From NCBI GenBank assembly GCA_042090305.1, contig JBELJQ010000001.1:6959-70958 (forward strand): DNA of 64,000 bases. The letters are read 5' to 3'. Source of the DNA: Pelagibacteraceae bacterium. GTDB taxonomy: Bacteria; Pseudomonadota; Alphaproteobacteria; Methylaequorales; Methylaequoraceae. Within the stretch, counting starts at the first letter, position 1. Each line of letters opens with the position of its first letter. The translations under genes were made by a program, and so were the position numbers. The notes below the pieces were generated by a model. That model was not told the DNA's origin. It worked only from the letters and a program-made list of their open reading frames with translations, and searched no databases. Below, in pieces: positions 1 through 8,287 of this stretch.

Positions 1-221
1 CAAAATCCTGCAGCCATGAACATTACAAGAAAGCCACATACTAAGAATAGAAAAGTGTTAAGAATGTAAGCGACTTCAGAAGATACTGCTGGTATAGCTT
101 CCACCGAAGTTTCTTGAGCCCCCACCGAGGTAGATATTCCCAAAGCAAAAATTAATGCAAGTGAGTTTAATCCAACCTTGAATATAGGGGAAGTTTTATT
201 TTTTAAATTGTTTGTAAACAT
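1..221 (-). CDS. amtB: ammonium transporter (Amt family), N-terminal fragment; the gene continues beyond the window start
   Basis: Reverse-strand ATG at 219-221 with a GGGAG Shine-Dalgarno 5 nt upstream. Translation is MFTNNLKNKTSPIFKVGLNSLALIFALGISTSVGAQE...AYILNTFLFLVCGFLVMFMAAGF, a signal peptide followed by a first TM helix with the Amt-type NTxL...LV..M..GF pattern. Not in the supplied ORF track because it is truncated. Confidence 0.5.
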   Translation of the reverse strand, partial: MFTNNLKNKTSPIFKVGLNSLALIFALGISTSVGAQETSVEAIPAVSSEVAYILNTFLFLVCGFLVMFMAAGF

Positions 222-267
222 AATTACTCCCTATAAAATTAATATAATATATTCAACCATTCTATTA

Positions 268-283
268 TGCAGGATGCGTGCCA
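268..283 (-). promoter_or_regulatory. sigma-54 (RpoN) -24/-12 promoter candidate driving amtB
   Basis: The minus strand reads TGGCAC-GCATC-CTGCA. This matches the consensus TGGCAC-N5-TTGCA exactly in spacing, with one mismatch at the first base of the -12 element. It lies about 45 nt upstream of the amtB ATG, and amtB is a classic sigma-54 target in Proteobacteria. Confidence 0.45.
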
Positions 284-405
284 TAATAGACCTTATATTA
301 TTAAGTAGTTGATTATATTGATATAATATTTTATGTTAAGAATGTTCTCAATTTATTTTGCCTATTTTTTAATCTATTTTAAATATTTGTATACTATTTA
401 ATCAA

Positions 406-1119
406 ATGCAAGAAAGATATTTAGGTGATATTCATGACTTTTTTAAAATGAATTTTTTAGAATTTTTATCAAAATACACGGAACAATTGATTGGTCTAAA
501 CTGGTATCTAGTGAAACCTGAAAATATAAGCAAAATAGAGGTGAAAAAAAATGATGGAGAAAAAAGAAGTTATTTATATAAGGACGAATACAAAGAAATT
601 AACGCCCATTTAATTAATGAGTTAAAATTATATGAAAAATTAAATAATAGAATTGTAAATAGTTTTACTCGTAATATAAAGTTTAAAAAATCTGTTAAAT
701 TTTATAATGAATATATAACAATTGAAAAAAGAACCGATTGGTTTAAAGAATCTAAATTGTTTTTTGATAAGACTAAGATAATTTTCCTTGATCCTGACAA
801 TGGTCTTGGATTTAACAAATCAGGAAATATCTCATTAAAGTATGTAAATATAAAAGAGTTATTGGAATACTATGATTTAGACAAAACTATTATATTCACA
901 CAATTCCAATCCTTTAATAAAAATTACAAAACATATTTGAATGAAATTATTTTAAAATTAGAACAATTTGGAATTAAAATGAAATACCCTGTAGTTAGAA
1001 ATAGAAGTGGGCCAAATACTTTTTATTTTACCTTAGGTAAAATAAGGAATTCTAAAATTTATAATTGTTTAACCGAATATTCAAAAAATACTAATAAAGT
1101 TGAATTAGTTATTTTTTAA
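406..1119 (+). CDS. hypothetical protein (237 aa, Lys/Asn-rich, soluble, no recognisable family)
   Basis: Clean ATG ORF convergent with the downstream membrane-protein gene, with an 11-nt end overlap. No signal peptide or TM segment. Local motifs GDIHDF, KKNDGEKR and FLDPDNGLGF are present but none can be assigned to a known family from sequence alone. Confidence 0.55.
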   Translation: MQERYLGDIHDFFKMNFLEFLSKYTEQLIGLNWYLVKPENISKIEVKKNDGEKRSYLYKDEYKEINAHLINELKLYEKLNNRIVNSFTRNIKFKKSVKFYNEYITIEKRTDWFKESKLFFDKTKIIFLDPDNGLGFNKSGNISLKYVNIKELLEYYDLDKTIIFTQFQSFNKNYKTYLNEIILKLEQFGIKMKYPVVRNRSGPNTFYFTLGKIRNSKIYNCLTEYSKNTNKVELVIF

Positions 1120-2083
1120 AACTTTTATTTAAAAACAACCAAGCTACTATAGCAGGCGCCCCTACTAGAATCTCACGAATTCTTCTTCCAATTGCAATGG
1201 AAAAGGATATTTGTGAACTAAGACCAACAAAGTCTCCCACTACAATAAAAGCTAACTCTTGGACACCAATACCAGCTGGAATAAAAAAAGCTATTGCACG
1301 TATAATTCCAGAGAAAGATTCAATAATTATAACGTCAATGATTTGAGGTTCATAACCAATAATCCACAAAAAAACATAAATTTCAAAGGCTCCGCCCAAC
1401 CATCCAAGTAATCTGAAAGAAAGAGCTTTAAAAAGTATAACTTTATCATTAGTAAAATTAAAAAGAGCTTTATCAATTCTCATCAACGAGACTATCTTAG
1501 AAAATGACAACTTAAAAAAAGAGACTTTCTTGGTCTTTTGTATAAAAACCTTAAGAAATCTTTTCCTAATTAAAAGATAAAATGTAATACATCCAAAAAA
1601 TATTAAGATTAATGAAAAAATAAAGTACGTGATATATTCATCCAGCATAATTTCTTGATAATTGAAAACTAGATAGATGAAGCTGATAAAAGCTATTAAG
1701 AAGAGTGAAAATGTCGCTATGACTAAATCAATAAAGACTGAAGATGATGATTCAGTTGGTGATAAACCTTTTTTAATTCCTAAATATATTCTGACAAATT
1801 CTGCAGTAATATTTCCTGTTGGGAAAAATTTTCCCGTTGCTTGTGATATCCAAATAATAACAAAAGACCACAACACTGATAAATTAGATTTTTTTGTAAG
1901 AACAACCCAAGTTAACGCGTCAAAGTATAATGTCGGGATGTGAGCAATGATTAATAGATGGAAATAATATTTATAATCTAGTACTAAGTTTAATGCGTCT
2001 TCTCCAGAAAAAGTTCCATAAACCCATTTAAAAAGAAATACTCCAATCAATAAAAAAAATAAATATTTTATCTTAGATTTCAT
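1109..2083 (-). CDS. flippase-like integral membrane protein (UPF0104 / lysyl-PG synthase TM-region family)
   Basis: 324 aa with about 8 predicted TM helices. The architecture and length are typical of the LPG_synthase_TM/UPF0104 family that accompanies glycosyltransferases. Its start codon abuts the stop of the upstream PIG-L gene (2083/2084). Confidence 0.55.
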   Translation of the reverse strand: MKSKIKYLFFLLIGVFLFKWVYGTFSGEDALNLVLDYKYYFHLLIIAHIPTLYFDALTWVVLTKKSNLSVLWSFVIIWISQATGKFFPTGNITAEFVRIYLGIKKGLSPTESSSSVFIDLVIATFSLFLIAFISFIYLVFNYQEIMLDEYITYFIFSLILIFFGCITFYLLIRKRFLKVFIQKTKKVSFFKLSFSKIVSLMRIDKALFNFTNDKVILFKALSFRLLGWLGGAFEIYVFLWIIGYEPQIIDVIIIESFSGIIRAIAFFIPAGIGVQELAFIVVGDFVGLSSQISFSIAIGRRIREILVGAPAIVAWLFLNKSFKK

Positions 2084-2836
2084 TTAATAAATATTTGACT
2101 TTAATATTATATTTGCGGTTTCAAGCGGTGACGAAGAGTCAACTTTAGGGTGCCATGAAAAAAAACTGTATCTCCTGTAAAACAATGTGCCATGATGTGG
2201 AGGTTGAGAATAGTTATGCTCTATCATTGGTCTATAGCTCTCTTTATCAACATTTATATAGCCTAAGTTATTTTTTTCAGACTTATAAATCTTTAAACAC
2301 TTAATTTTGAATTTTTTTTGTGAAGAATTTAAGAGAATTATCTTTTCATTATTATTGGAATCAAAAAAAGTGTTTGAATTAATTTTTCTTTGAAAGAAAT
2401 TATATTCTGCAAACTCATACAACCTACATAAACTTTTTAATCTTGAACAGATAAAGTTAGTTATGTCATGGTCTTGATGTCCACCCTCGAAAGTAGGGCA
2501 GAAAATAGTATCAATTTTATTTTTTTTTATAATTTTACAAATTAAATTATGAGACTCTGAAATGTTATATTTAAGATTTCTTGTTGGTATATTTTGATAA
2601 TAATATTCTTTAATATTTAGTAGTTCCAAACTTTGAAGCATCTCATCTTTTCTTATTTTAATAAAATCTTGGTATTTATTTTTTTTCCAGAACCAATTTC
2701 GATTAGGTGAAATCACACCATTTGTTAAAAAGACTATTGAGATTTCTTTTTTTTCTCTTAAAAGTTTTCTTATTAAGATACAAGAACCCACAATTTCGTC
2801 ATCAGGATGCGGGATTACAAATAAAATTTTTTTCAT
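2084..2836 (-). CDS. PIG-L/LmbE family N-acetylglucosaminyl deacetylase
   Basis: N-terminal VIPHPDDEIVGSCILI matches the PIG-L family metal-binding motif (HPDDE). Later His/Asp residues (GGHQDH) are consistent with the family. Confidence 0.8.
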   Translation of the reverse strand: MKKILFVIPHPDDEIVGSCILIRKLLREKKEISIVFLTNGVISPNRNWFWKKNKYQDFIKIRKDEMLQSLELLNIKEYYYQNIPTRNLKYNISESHNLICKIIKKNKIDTIFCPTFEGGHQDHDITNFICSRLKSLCRLYEFAEYNFFQRKINSNTFFDSNNNEKIILLNSSQKKFKIKCLKIYKSEKNNLGYINVDKESYRPMIEHNYSQPPHHGTLFYRRYSFFSWHPKVDSSSPLETANIILKSNIY

Positions 2837-2840
2837 AATA

Positions 2841-4076
2841 TTAGATTATTAATTTCCATTTTTTTAGAAAAATTTCATTAAATATTTCTTCCCATGAAGG
2901 ATATTGTCCAACTCTCATTACTTTCGTTTGCATTAGTTGTATTTTTTTCTTATCAACTAATAATTTCTCAATTTCCTCAACCCAAGCTTCTGGTTCTTGA
3001 CTTGTGATTACAACTCCATCTTCTCCATTATTCTTAATTCTTTTTCCTCCGCCTGACTCTGATACGACACATATAGCGCCACATGCTCTTGCTTCTAATA
3101 CCACTTGTGGACCCGTTTCATATAATGAAGGGAATACAAACAGATCACATATATTGTATAAATCACTTATATCTTCTTGAGGAAGATACTCTAATATTTT
3201 GAGATTATTTTTACATATTTTTTTACATATATTTCCATGAATATTTTCGCCAGCCATTACAGTTATAACTTTAATTTTTTTTTTATCTAACATACTTTGA
3301 ATTCTTGCTAAAAGAATTGCCCCTTTAAGTTTATGAATTCTTCCACAAAAAAAAATTATTTTATTATCTTCTCTAATTTTAAGTTTCTTTAAAATTTTTT
3401 TTTTACTTATTCTTTTTTTAAAAAATACATTTTTATCTATTCCTCTTGAAATTTTATCAATCTTTGCAACAGAATTTCCGAAAAAACTTAGCTGTTCTTT
3501 TGAAAAAGAATCGTTAATAAATGCAACCTTACATTTATTTATATACTTTAAAATACTTTTTTTTTGATTATTACTTATAAATTTATGTAGCTTGAGTTTA
3601 TGAATTAGAAGTCTTTGAAAAAAGCAAGGTAGTTTTTTCAATAGTTCCAATACATAATATTCAGTATATGATGGCGCATCAGTATGGTAGGAAGTAGTCA
3701 AAGGAATATTCCATATTTTGCTTGCCATTCTTGCAGTCTTGGACATACAAAATAATTGGTCGGTAGTATGAAGTAAATCAAATTTTTTCAAACTCCATAA
3801 AAGTTTTAAATTAATCGGAGAAAGGTCTGTTGAATCCGCATCGACACCAGTTTTTCTCAAAATTTTAGAGGATATTATGGGTCTAGTTATACTAAAATGT
3901 ATATTATTACCAAAATGAATTATCTTACTTATATTTCCTAAAAAAAAAAGGGTTATATCATATTCTAATTTGCAAGTTTTAAGGCTACTTGCTATTCTTT
4001 GCCAGAATTTTACGTGACCTCCTGATTTCTCGCTTAATTCAAGATCAATTAGAATTGCAATTTTTTTTTTCCTCAT
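2841..4076 (-). CDS. glycosyltransferase family 4 (GT-B, retaining)
   Basis: C-terminal FVFPSLYETGPQVVLEARACG carries the GT4 E-x7-E motif, and N-terminal SGGHVKFWQ resembles the GT4 N-domain. Its start overlaps the stop of the upstream DASS gene by 1 nt. Confidence 0.8.
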   Translation of the reverse strand: MRKKKIAILIDLELSEKSGGHVKFWQRIASSLKTCKLEYDITLFFLGNISKIIHFGNNIHFSITRPIISSKILRKTGVDADSTDLSPINLKLLWSLKKFDLLHTTDQLFCMSKTARMASKIWNIPLTTSYHTDAPSYTEYYVLELLKKLPCFFQRLLIHKLKLHKFISNNQKKSILKYINKCKVAFINDSFSKEQLSFFGNSVAKIDKISRGIDKNVFFKKRISKKKILKKLKIREDNKIIFFCGRIHKLKGAILLARIQSMLDKKKIKVITVMAGENIHGNICKKICKNNLKILEYLPQEDISDLYNICDLFVFPSLYETGPQVVLEARACGAICVVSESGGGKRIKNNGEDGVVITSQEPEAWVEEIEKLLVDKKKIQLMQTKVMRVGQYPSWEEIFNEIFLKKWKLII

Positions 4077-5476
4077 CAGAAGATACCACCAGTTAAGTAA
4101 ACATACGATGCAATAATCAAAATTGCCATTAAATTCAAAAAGAATCCGTTTTTCACCATGAAAAATATTTTAAAGCTATTGTTTGAGTATATAATAGCAT
4201 TGGGTGGGGTTGCAATTGGCATCATAAAAGCACAGCTCGCAGATAAAATAAAAGGAAGTAGCAATAGTGTTAGTTCAATTTGATTTGTATCAGCAAATAT
4301 ACTCAAAATTGGAAGTAGTAGAAATGTTGTGGCTGTGTTACTTGTAAATTCTGTCAAAATAGAAGTAAAAAAGGCAATTAATAAGATTAGAGTAAATAAG
4401 TTTAAATGTTGAAAGTCATTCAAAAATAATGTTATTTGCTTTGCTAATCCAGATGAAATTATAAGAGAGGCAAGCGCTAAGCCTCCTCCAAAAAGGATCA
4501 ATATATTCCATGGAATCTTTTTAAACCACTCATTTGTAAGCATTACTTTACCATTTTTAGCAGGAATTAAAAAGAATAGAGATGCACCAAATATTGCAAT
4601 TATTGAGTCAGTCAATTTTATATTTAGTAGTAAATTGATATTTGATTTAAATATCCATAAAAGAATTGTTAAAATAATAATAAGTGTGGCCACTCTCTCA
4701 TTTTTAGAGTATCTCCCTAATTTTAAATATTTATTTGCAATATTATTTGTTGAAATTTTTTGGTTTATTTCTTTAACCCTCAAGGAAATAAACGTAAGCA
4801 TTACTATAATTATACTTAATGCAACTGGAGAAACATAAACAAACCATTTTTTCAAATCAATTTCTAGAGAATAATTTTCAGACAGAAAACCGATTAGTAC
4901 CGCATTGGGAATCGTTCCAATTGGAGTCATCATTCCCCCGATGGAAGCTGAATAAGCAATTGTAAGCAACAAAAAATTTGTGAATGAAGAATTTAGCTTA
5001 TCGTTTCTAAAGTTTTCATCTATTATTGATTTTACAATAGGTAACATTAACAAAGTAGTAGCGGTATTAGAAAAAAGCATACTCAGTATAGTTGTAAGCA
5101 ATGAAATTGACACCATAACTTTCAACTTAGTATCACCAAATTTGCTTAAAATACCTAAAGCAAGCCTATAATGTAAATTACTTTTTTGAAAACCATAGGC
5201 GATTATAAAACCTCCAAGAATCAAGAAAACAACTGAACTAGAGTAACTAGATAAAATTGATTTAGGCTCTACGTCACTTAAAAAAGGTAAAACTAAAATT
5301 GGAAATAATGCTGTTATTGACGGTGGGATTATCTCAGTAACCCAAAGTAAAATCATTATAATTAAAAGTTTTAGTACAATTAGTTGAGTCGACGTCATTA
5401 ATTTTTCTATATCCAAAAAATACGGTAAGTAAATAATTAAGACTCCAAGGCTTATTGTTAAAAGTATTTTTTTCAT
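4076..5476 (-). CDS. DASS/SLC13 family anion:sodium symporter (ArsB/NhaD permease superfamily)
   Basis: 466 aa polytopic membrane protein with the duplicated SNTATT hairpin-tip motifs (SNTATTLLMLP and SNTATTFLLLP) characteristic of DASS transporters. Confidence 0.75.
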   Translation of the reverse strand: MKKILLTISLGVLIIYLPYFLDIEKLMTSTQLIVLKLLIIMILLWVTEIIPPSITALFPILVLPFLSDVEPKSILSSYSSSVVFLILGGFIIAYGFQKSNLHYRLALGILSKFGDTKLKVMVSISLLTTILSMLFSNTATTLLMLPIVKSIIDENFRNDKLNSSFTNFLLLTIAYSASIGGMMTPIGTIPNAVLIGFLSENYSLEIDLKKWFVYVSPVALSIIIVMLTFISLRVKEINQKISTNNIANKYLKLGRYSKNERVATLIIILTILLWIFKSNINLLLNIKLTDSIIAIFGASLFFLIPAKNGKVMLTNEWFKKIPWNILILFGGGLALASLIISSGLAKQITLFLNDFQHLNLFTLILLIAFFTSILTEFTSNTATTFLLLPILSIFADTNQIELTLLLLPFILSASCAFMMPIATPPNAIIYSNNSFKIFFMVKNGFFLNLMAILIIASYVYLTGGIF

Positions 5477-5480
5477 TTAT

Positions 5481-7292
5481 TTAATTACTTATATTTTTTT
5501 CTTCCAAATCAATCCATTCTTGTTCTAACATAACCAATTCATTTTGAACTTCGTTTATTTGGGTTAAGATTTTTTTATAATTAATATCACTATTATTAAT
5601 TTTATCTAAACTTTGAATTTTTTGATTGAGTTCGAATATTTCTTGCTCTTTTTTTTCAATTTTAGTCATTACTCTTTTTATTAGCTTTTCTTGAGATATT
5701 GGTTTTCTTTTATCAAGTAATATATTTTTAGAGCCTTGAGTATTATCAATAGATTTTGTTCCTTTAACCATGGAGTCTAAGTCCTTTTCAAGGTCTATCG
5801 ATAATTTTACACCACCCACACCATCCAAAAAAATAAACTTATTACAAGTCTTTTGCAAAAAATCAATATCATGGGAACTTATTAGTACGCCTCCATTATA
5901 AAGGTTAATAAAATCAATAAGAATATCTATCGTTTCGATATCAAGATCATTTGTTGGCTCGTCAAGGAGCATTATTTCCTTTGGATTAGCAAGAATCTTA
6001 GAAAGAAGTAATCTATTTTTTTCACCTCCCGATAAATTACTGACCTTAGTGTCAATCATTTTTGGATCAAATAAAAAGTTTTTTAAATAACTACATATAT
6101 GAATTTTTTTACTGCCAACTTTTATATAATCACCACCAGAGGGAATTAAATTTCTCTTTATTGAATAATTATCATTAAAGTTTTGTCCATTTTGATCAAA
6201 ACAACTAAATTGTATATTATTCCTTATTTTTATACTTCCTTCATTAGGCTTAATAATTCCTGAGGCCAGCATAAGAAATGTAGATTTTCCAACTCCATTT
6301 TTACCAATTAAGCCAATTTTCTCATTTTTCATAAGTTTAAAATTTAAATCTTTTATGATTAATTTATCATTATCTACACCTGCAAATGATTTAGTAACAT
6401 TATGAAAATGTAATAAAAAATTAGGGCCTTCTGTTTCATTCTTATTTATTAGGGGAATTTTTATTTTTGAAATTGATTTTAAAAACTCACTTTTCTGATT
6501 CTTATATTCAGTTCTCATTTGAAATAAATCATCTTTTCTCTTTTCATTTCTCTTTCTTCTTGCTTTAACTCCCTTAGAAAGCCAATCACTTTCGTTATCT
6601 AAAAATTTTTTTTTATTTTTTAACTCTCTCTCTTCCTGATTAATTAGAGACCTACTCCACTCTTCAAAAAAATAAAAACCTTTTGGTGAAACTCTAACTT
6701 TCCCTCTATCAACCCAGAAAACTTTATTTGTAGTATTTTTCAGAAAATTTCTATTATGACTTACGATTAGGTACGAACCTTTATATTGGTTAAATAAGAA
6801 TCTCTCTAGCCATTTTATTGACTCAATATCTAAGTGGTTTGTTGGTTCGTCTAGGAGTAATAAATCTGGTTCGTTTATCAAAGAATGAATCAAACTTAAT
6901 TTTCTTAACTGTCCTCCAGATAAAATCTGCATATTTAGTTTTGGGTTTAGCTTAAGTTTTTCAAAAATATTATCTATTTTAAATTCATCTATTGATTCTG
7001 AATTTGCTATTTGCTCTAAAATAAATTCTTTTGTACCCACATCCTTTTTTACTAAGTTGCTCTGATACATCATTGAAGTATTTATTCTAGGATTGAACCA
7101 TGTTTCTCCATCATCTATTTTTAAATTTTGAGATAATAACTTAAACAAAGTTGTTTTTCCTACACCATTTTTTCCAATTAAAGCAATCTTGTCTCCTTGA
7201 TGTACTGCAAATGACAAATCAACGAAAATTTTTGATTTACTGTATCCAAAGACACAATTGTTAAATGATAATAATACTTCTTTTGAGTTCAT
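5481..7292 (-). CDS. uup: ABC-F family ATPase (Uup-like, two ABC domains plus C-terminal coiled coil)
   Basis: Two Walker A sites (GKNGVGKT and GKNGVGKS), two ABC signatures (LSGGQLRKLS and LSGGEKNRLL), no TM domain, and a C-terminal coiled-coil tail. The start was trimmed from the track ORF (7370) to the Met at 7290-7292, because the longer N-terminus runs through the tRNA-Gln gene. Confidence 0.85.
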   Translation of the reverse strand: MNSKEVLLSFNNCVFGYSKSKIFVDLSFAVHQGDKIALIGKNGVGKTTLFKLLSQNLKIDDGETWFNPRINTSMMYQSNLVKKDVGTKEFILEQIANSESIDEFKIDNIFEKLKLNPKLNMQILSGGQLRKLSLIHSLINEPDLLLLDEPTNHLDIESIKWLERFLFNQYKGSYLIVSHNRNFLKNTTNKVFWVDRGKVRVSPKGFYFFEEWSRSLINQEERELKNKKKFLDNESDWLSKGVKARRKRNEKRKDDLFQMRTEYKNQKSEFLKSISKIKIPLINKNETEGPNFLLHFHNVTKSFAGVDNDKLIIKDLNFKLMKNEKIGLIGKNGVGKSTFLMLASGIIKPNEGSIKIRNNIQFSCFDQNGQNFNDNYSIKRNLIPSGGDYIKVGSKKIHICSYLKNFLFDPKMIDTKVSNLSGGEKNRLLLSKILANPKEIMLLDEPTNDLDIETIDILIDFINLYNGGVLISSHDIDFLQKTCNKFIFLDGVGGVKLSIDLEKDLDSMVKGTKSIDNTQGSKNILLDKRKPISQEKLIKRVMTKIEKKEQEIFELNQKIQSLDKINNSDINYKKILTQINEVQNELVMLEQEWIDLEEKNISN

Positions 7293-7299
7293 TGAGTTT

Positions 7300-7374
7300 T
7301 GGCTGGGGTGGTAGGATTCGAACCTACGAATGCCGCTACCAAAAAGCGGTGCCTTACCACTTGGCCACACCCCA
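7300..7374 (-). tRNA. tRNA-Gln (anticodon UUG)
   Basis: 75-nt cloverleaf on the minus strand: TGGGGTG acceptor stem pairing with CACCCCA, D-arm GCC/GGC, anticodon stem CCGCT/AGCGG with loop UUUUGGU (anticodon UUG), T-arm GTAGG-TTCGAAT-CCTAC, discriminator G plus encoded CCA. Near-identical in plan to E. coli tRNA-Gln. Confidence 0.9.
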
Positions 7375-7404
7375 ATTAATTACAAAATAATCATTTTTTC
7401 CTTC

Positions 7405-8283
7405 TTATACAAGATTTATATCATTAATAGAGTTTATAAATTTTGTATCTTGCAACCAACATTTGTTAAACTTAGACTTTATGAGTTTTTTTGCAACTAT
7501 GAGGTCTTCCAGGTTTCTGTAAATCGCAAAACATGTTGCACCTGAACCTGTCATTCTAACGAGTAAGTTATTTGTTTGATTTTTAGTAAAATCTAAAATA
7601 CTTTTAATGATTTCCAATTCTTCAATTGCAAAATTTTCAAGATGATTACTTTTTTTTTTTATAAAATCTAAGGAAATTTTTTTAATATCAGTATTTACTT
7701 CAACTGAGCTTTTATGTTGGAGGTTTAGTTTTTCAAATATACTTTTTGTTGAAACCTCTTTAAGTGGATTTATTAATAACACACACAACTTTTCGAAGTC
7801 ATGTTTTATATAACTTAGTTCATTTCCCAGACCAGTTACAATTGCTGATCTACCGTGAAAACAGAAAGGCACATCAGCACCAATTGAAATTAAAAAATCA
7901 TCTAAGTTCTTTTTTTTTTTTATATTAAATAATTTATGAATACATCTCACAACAGTAGCTGCATTAGATGAACCACCTCCCATACCTGATGAAATTGGAA
8001 GTTTCTTACATAATTCAATACTTACATCAAAATTTCTATTGTAAAGCTTTTCTAAACCCTTTACAGCCTTAACTATTATGTTATCAGACTCACTAAGTTC
8101 TCTTGCAAAATCTCCAGTAATTTTTAGCCTTAAAGAATCGGATCTTGAAATAGTAATTAAATCTCCATATTCCACAAATGTCATAAAACTTTCAATATTA
8201 TGAAAATTATCTTTACGTTTACCTTTAACTTCTAAATATAAATTTATTTTAGCCGGTGATATTTGTTCTACAGATTGAGTCAT
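7405..8283 (-). CDS. ispE: 4-diphosphocytidyl-2-C-methyl-D-erythritol kinase
   Basis: N-terminal AKINLYLEVKGKRKDNFH and the GHMP-kinase glycine-rich loop PISSGMGGGSSNAA. Confidence 0.85.
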   Translation of the reverse strand: MTQSVEQISPAKINLYLEVKGKRKDNFHNIESFMTFVEYGDLITISRSDSLRLKITGDFARELSESDNIIVKAVKGLEKLYNRNFDVSIELCKKLPISSGMGGGSSNAATVVRCIHKLFNIKKKKNLDDFLISIGADVPFCFHGRSAIVTGLGNELSYIKHDFEKLCVLLINPLKEVSTKSIFEKLNLQHKSSVEVNTDIKKISLDFIKKKSNHLENFAIEELEIIKSILDFTKNQTNNLLVRMTGSGATCFAIYRNLEDLIVAKKLIKSKFNKCWLQDTKFINSINDINLV

Positions 8284-8287
8284 ATTT

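Noticed and set aside
406-1119. Calling the orphan ORF a nucleotidyltransferase or ligase from KKNDGEKR / FLDPDNG
   Set aside because: Motif spacing deviates from KxDGxR, and no other ligase motifs (IV, V) are convincingly present.
1677-1943. Short antisense ORFs embedded in longer genes
   Set aside because: Applies to 1677-1943 and the similar 60-140-aa track entries at 4635, 4980, 10927, 13177, 14142, 22563, 23754, 34099, 38616, 40625-41473, 46749, 48459, 59307, 59956 and 60008. Each is fully nested opposite a well-supported conserved gene, with low-complexity translations typical of AT-rich shadow ORFs.
4061-4070. 10-A homopolymer at codons 3-6 of the GT4 gene as a possible slipped-strand phase-variation switch
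   Set aside because: Runs of 10-12 A/T recur at least 15 times in this window inside ordinary housekeeping genes: ispE 7650-7660 and 7910-7921, dsbD 27668-27679, M23 peptidase 47872-47882, DUF374 44593-44604, thrB, xseA and the histidine kinase. They reflect AAA lysine codons in an AT-rich genome, so there is no specific evidence for phase variation.
223-7300. A direct repeat of the tRNA-Gln 3' end (att site) or an integrase to define a bona fide genomic island
   Set aside because: No copy of GGATTCGAACC/TGGCTGGGG and no integrase or recombinase-like ORF is present. The idea is kept only as a low-interest positional hypothesis.
7293-7370. 26-codon N-terminal extension of the ABC-F ORF
   Set aside because: It would translate through the tRNA-Gln gene, and the conserved ABC-F N-terminus begins at the internal Met.
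7330-7545. 71-aa plus-strand ORF from the six-frame track
   Set aside because: It lies entirely over the tRNA-Gln gene and the ispE 3' end. It has no coding signal and the tRNA explains the region.
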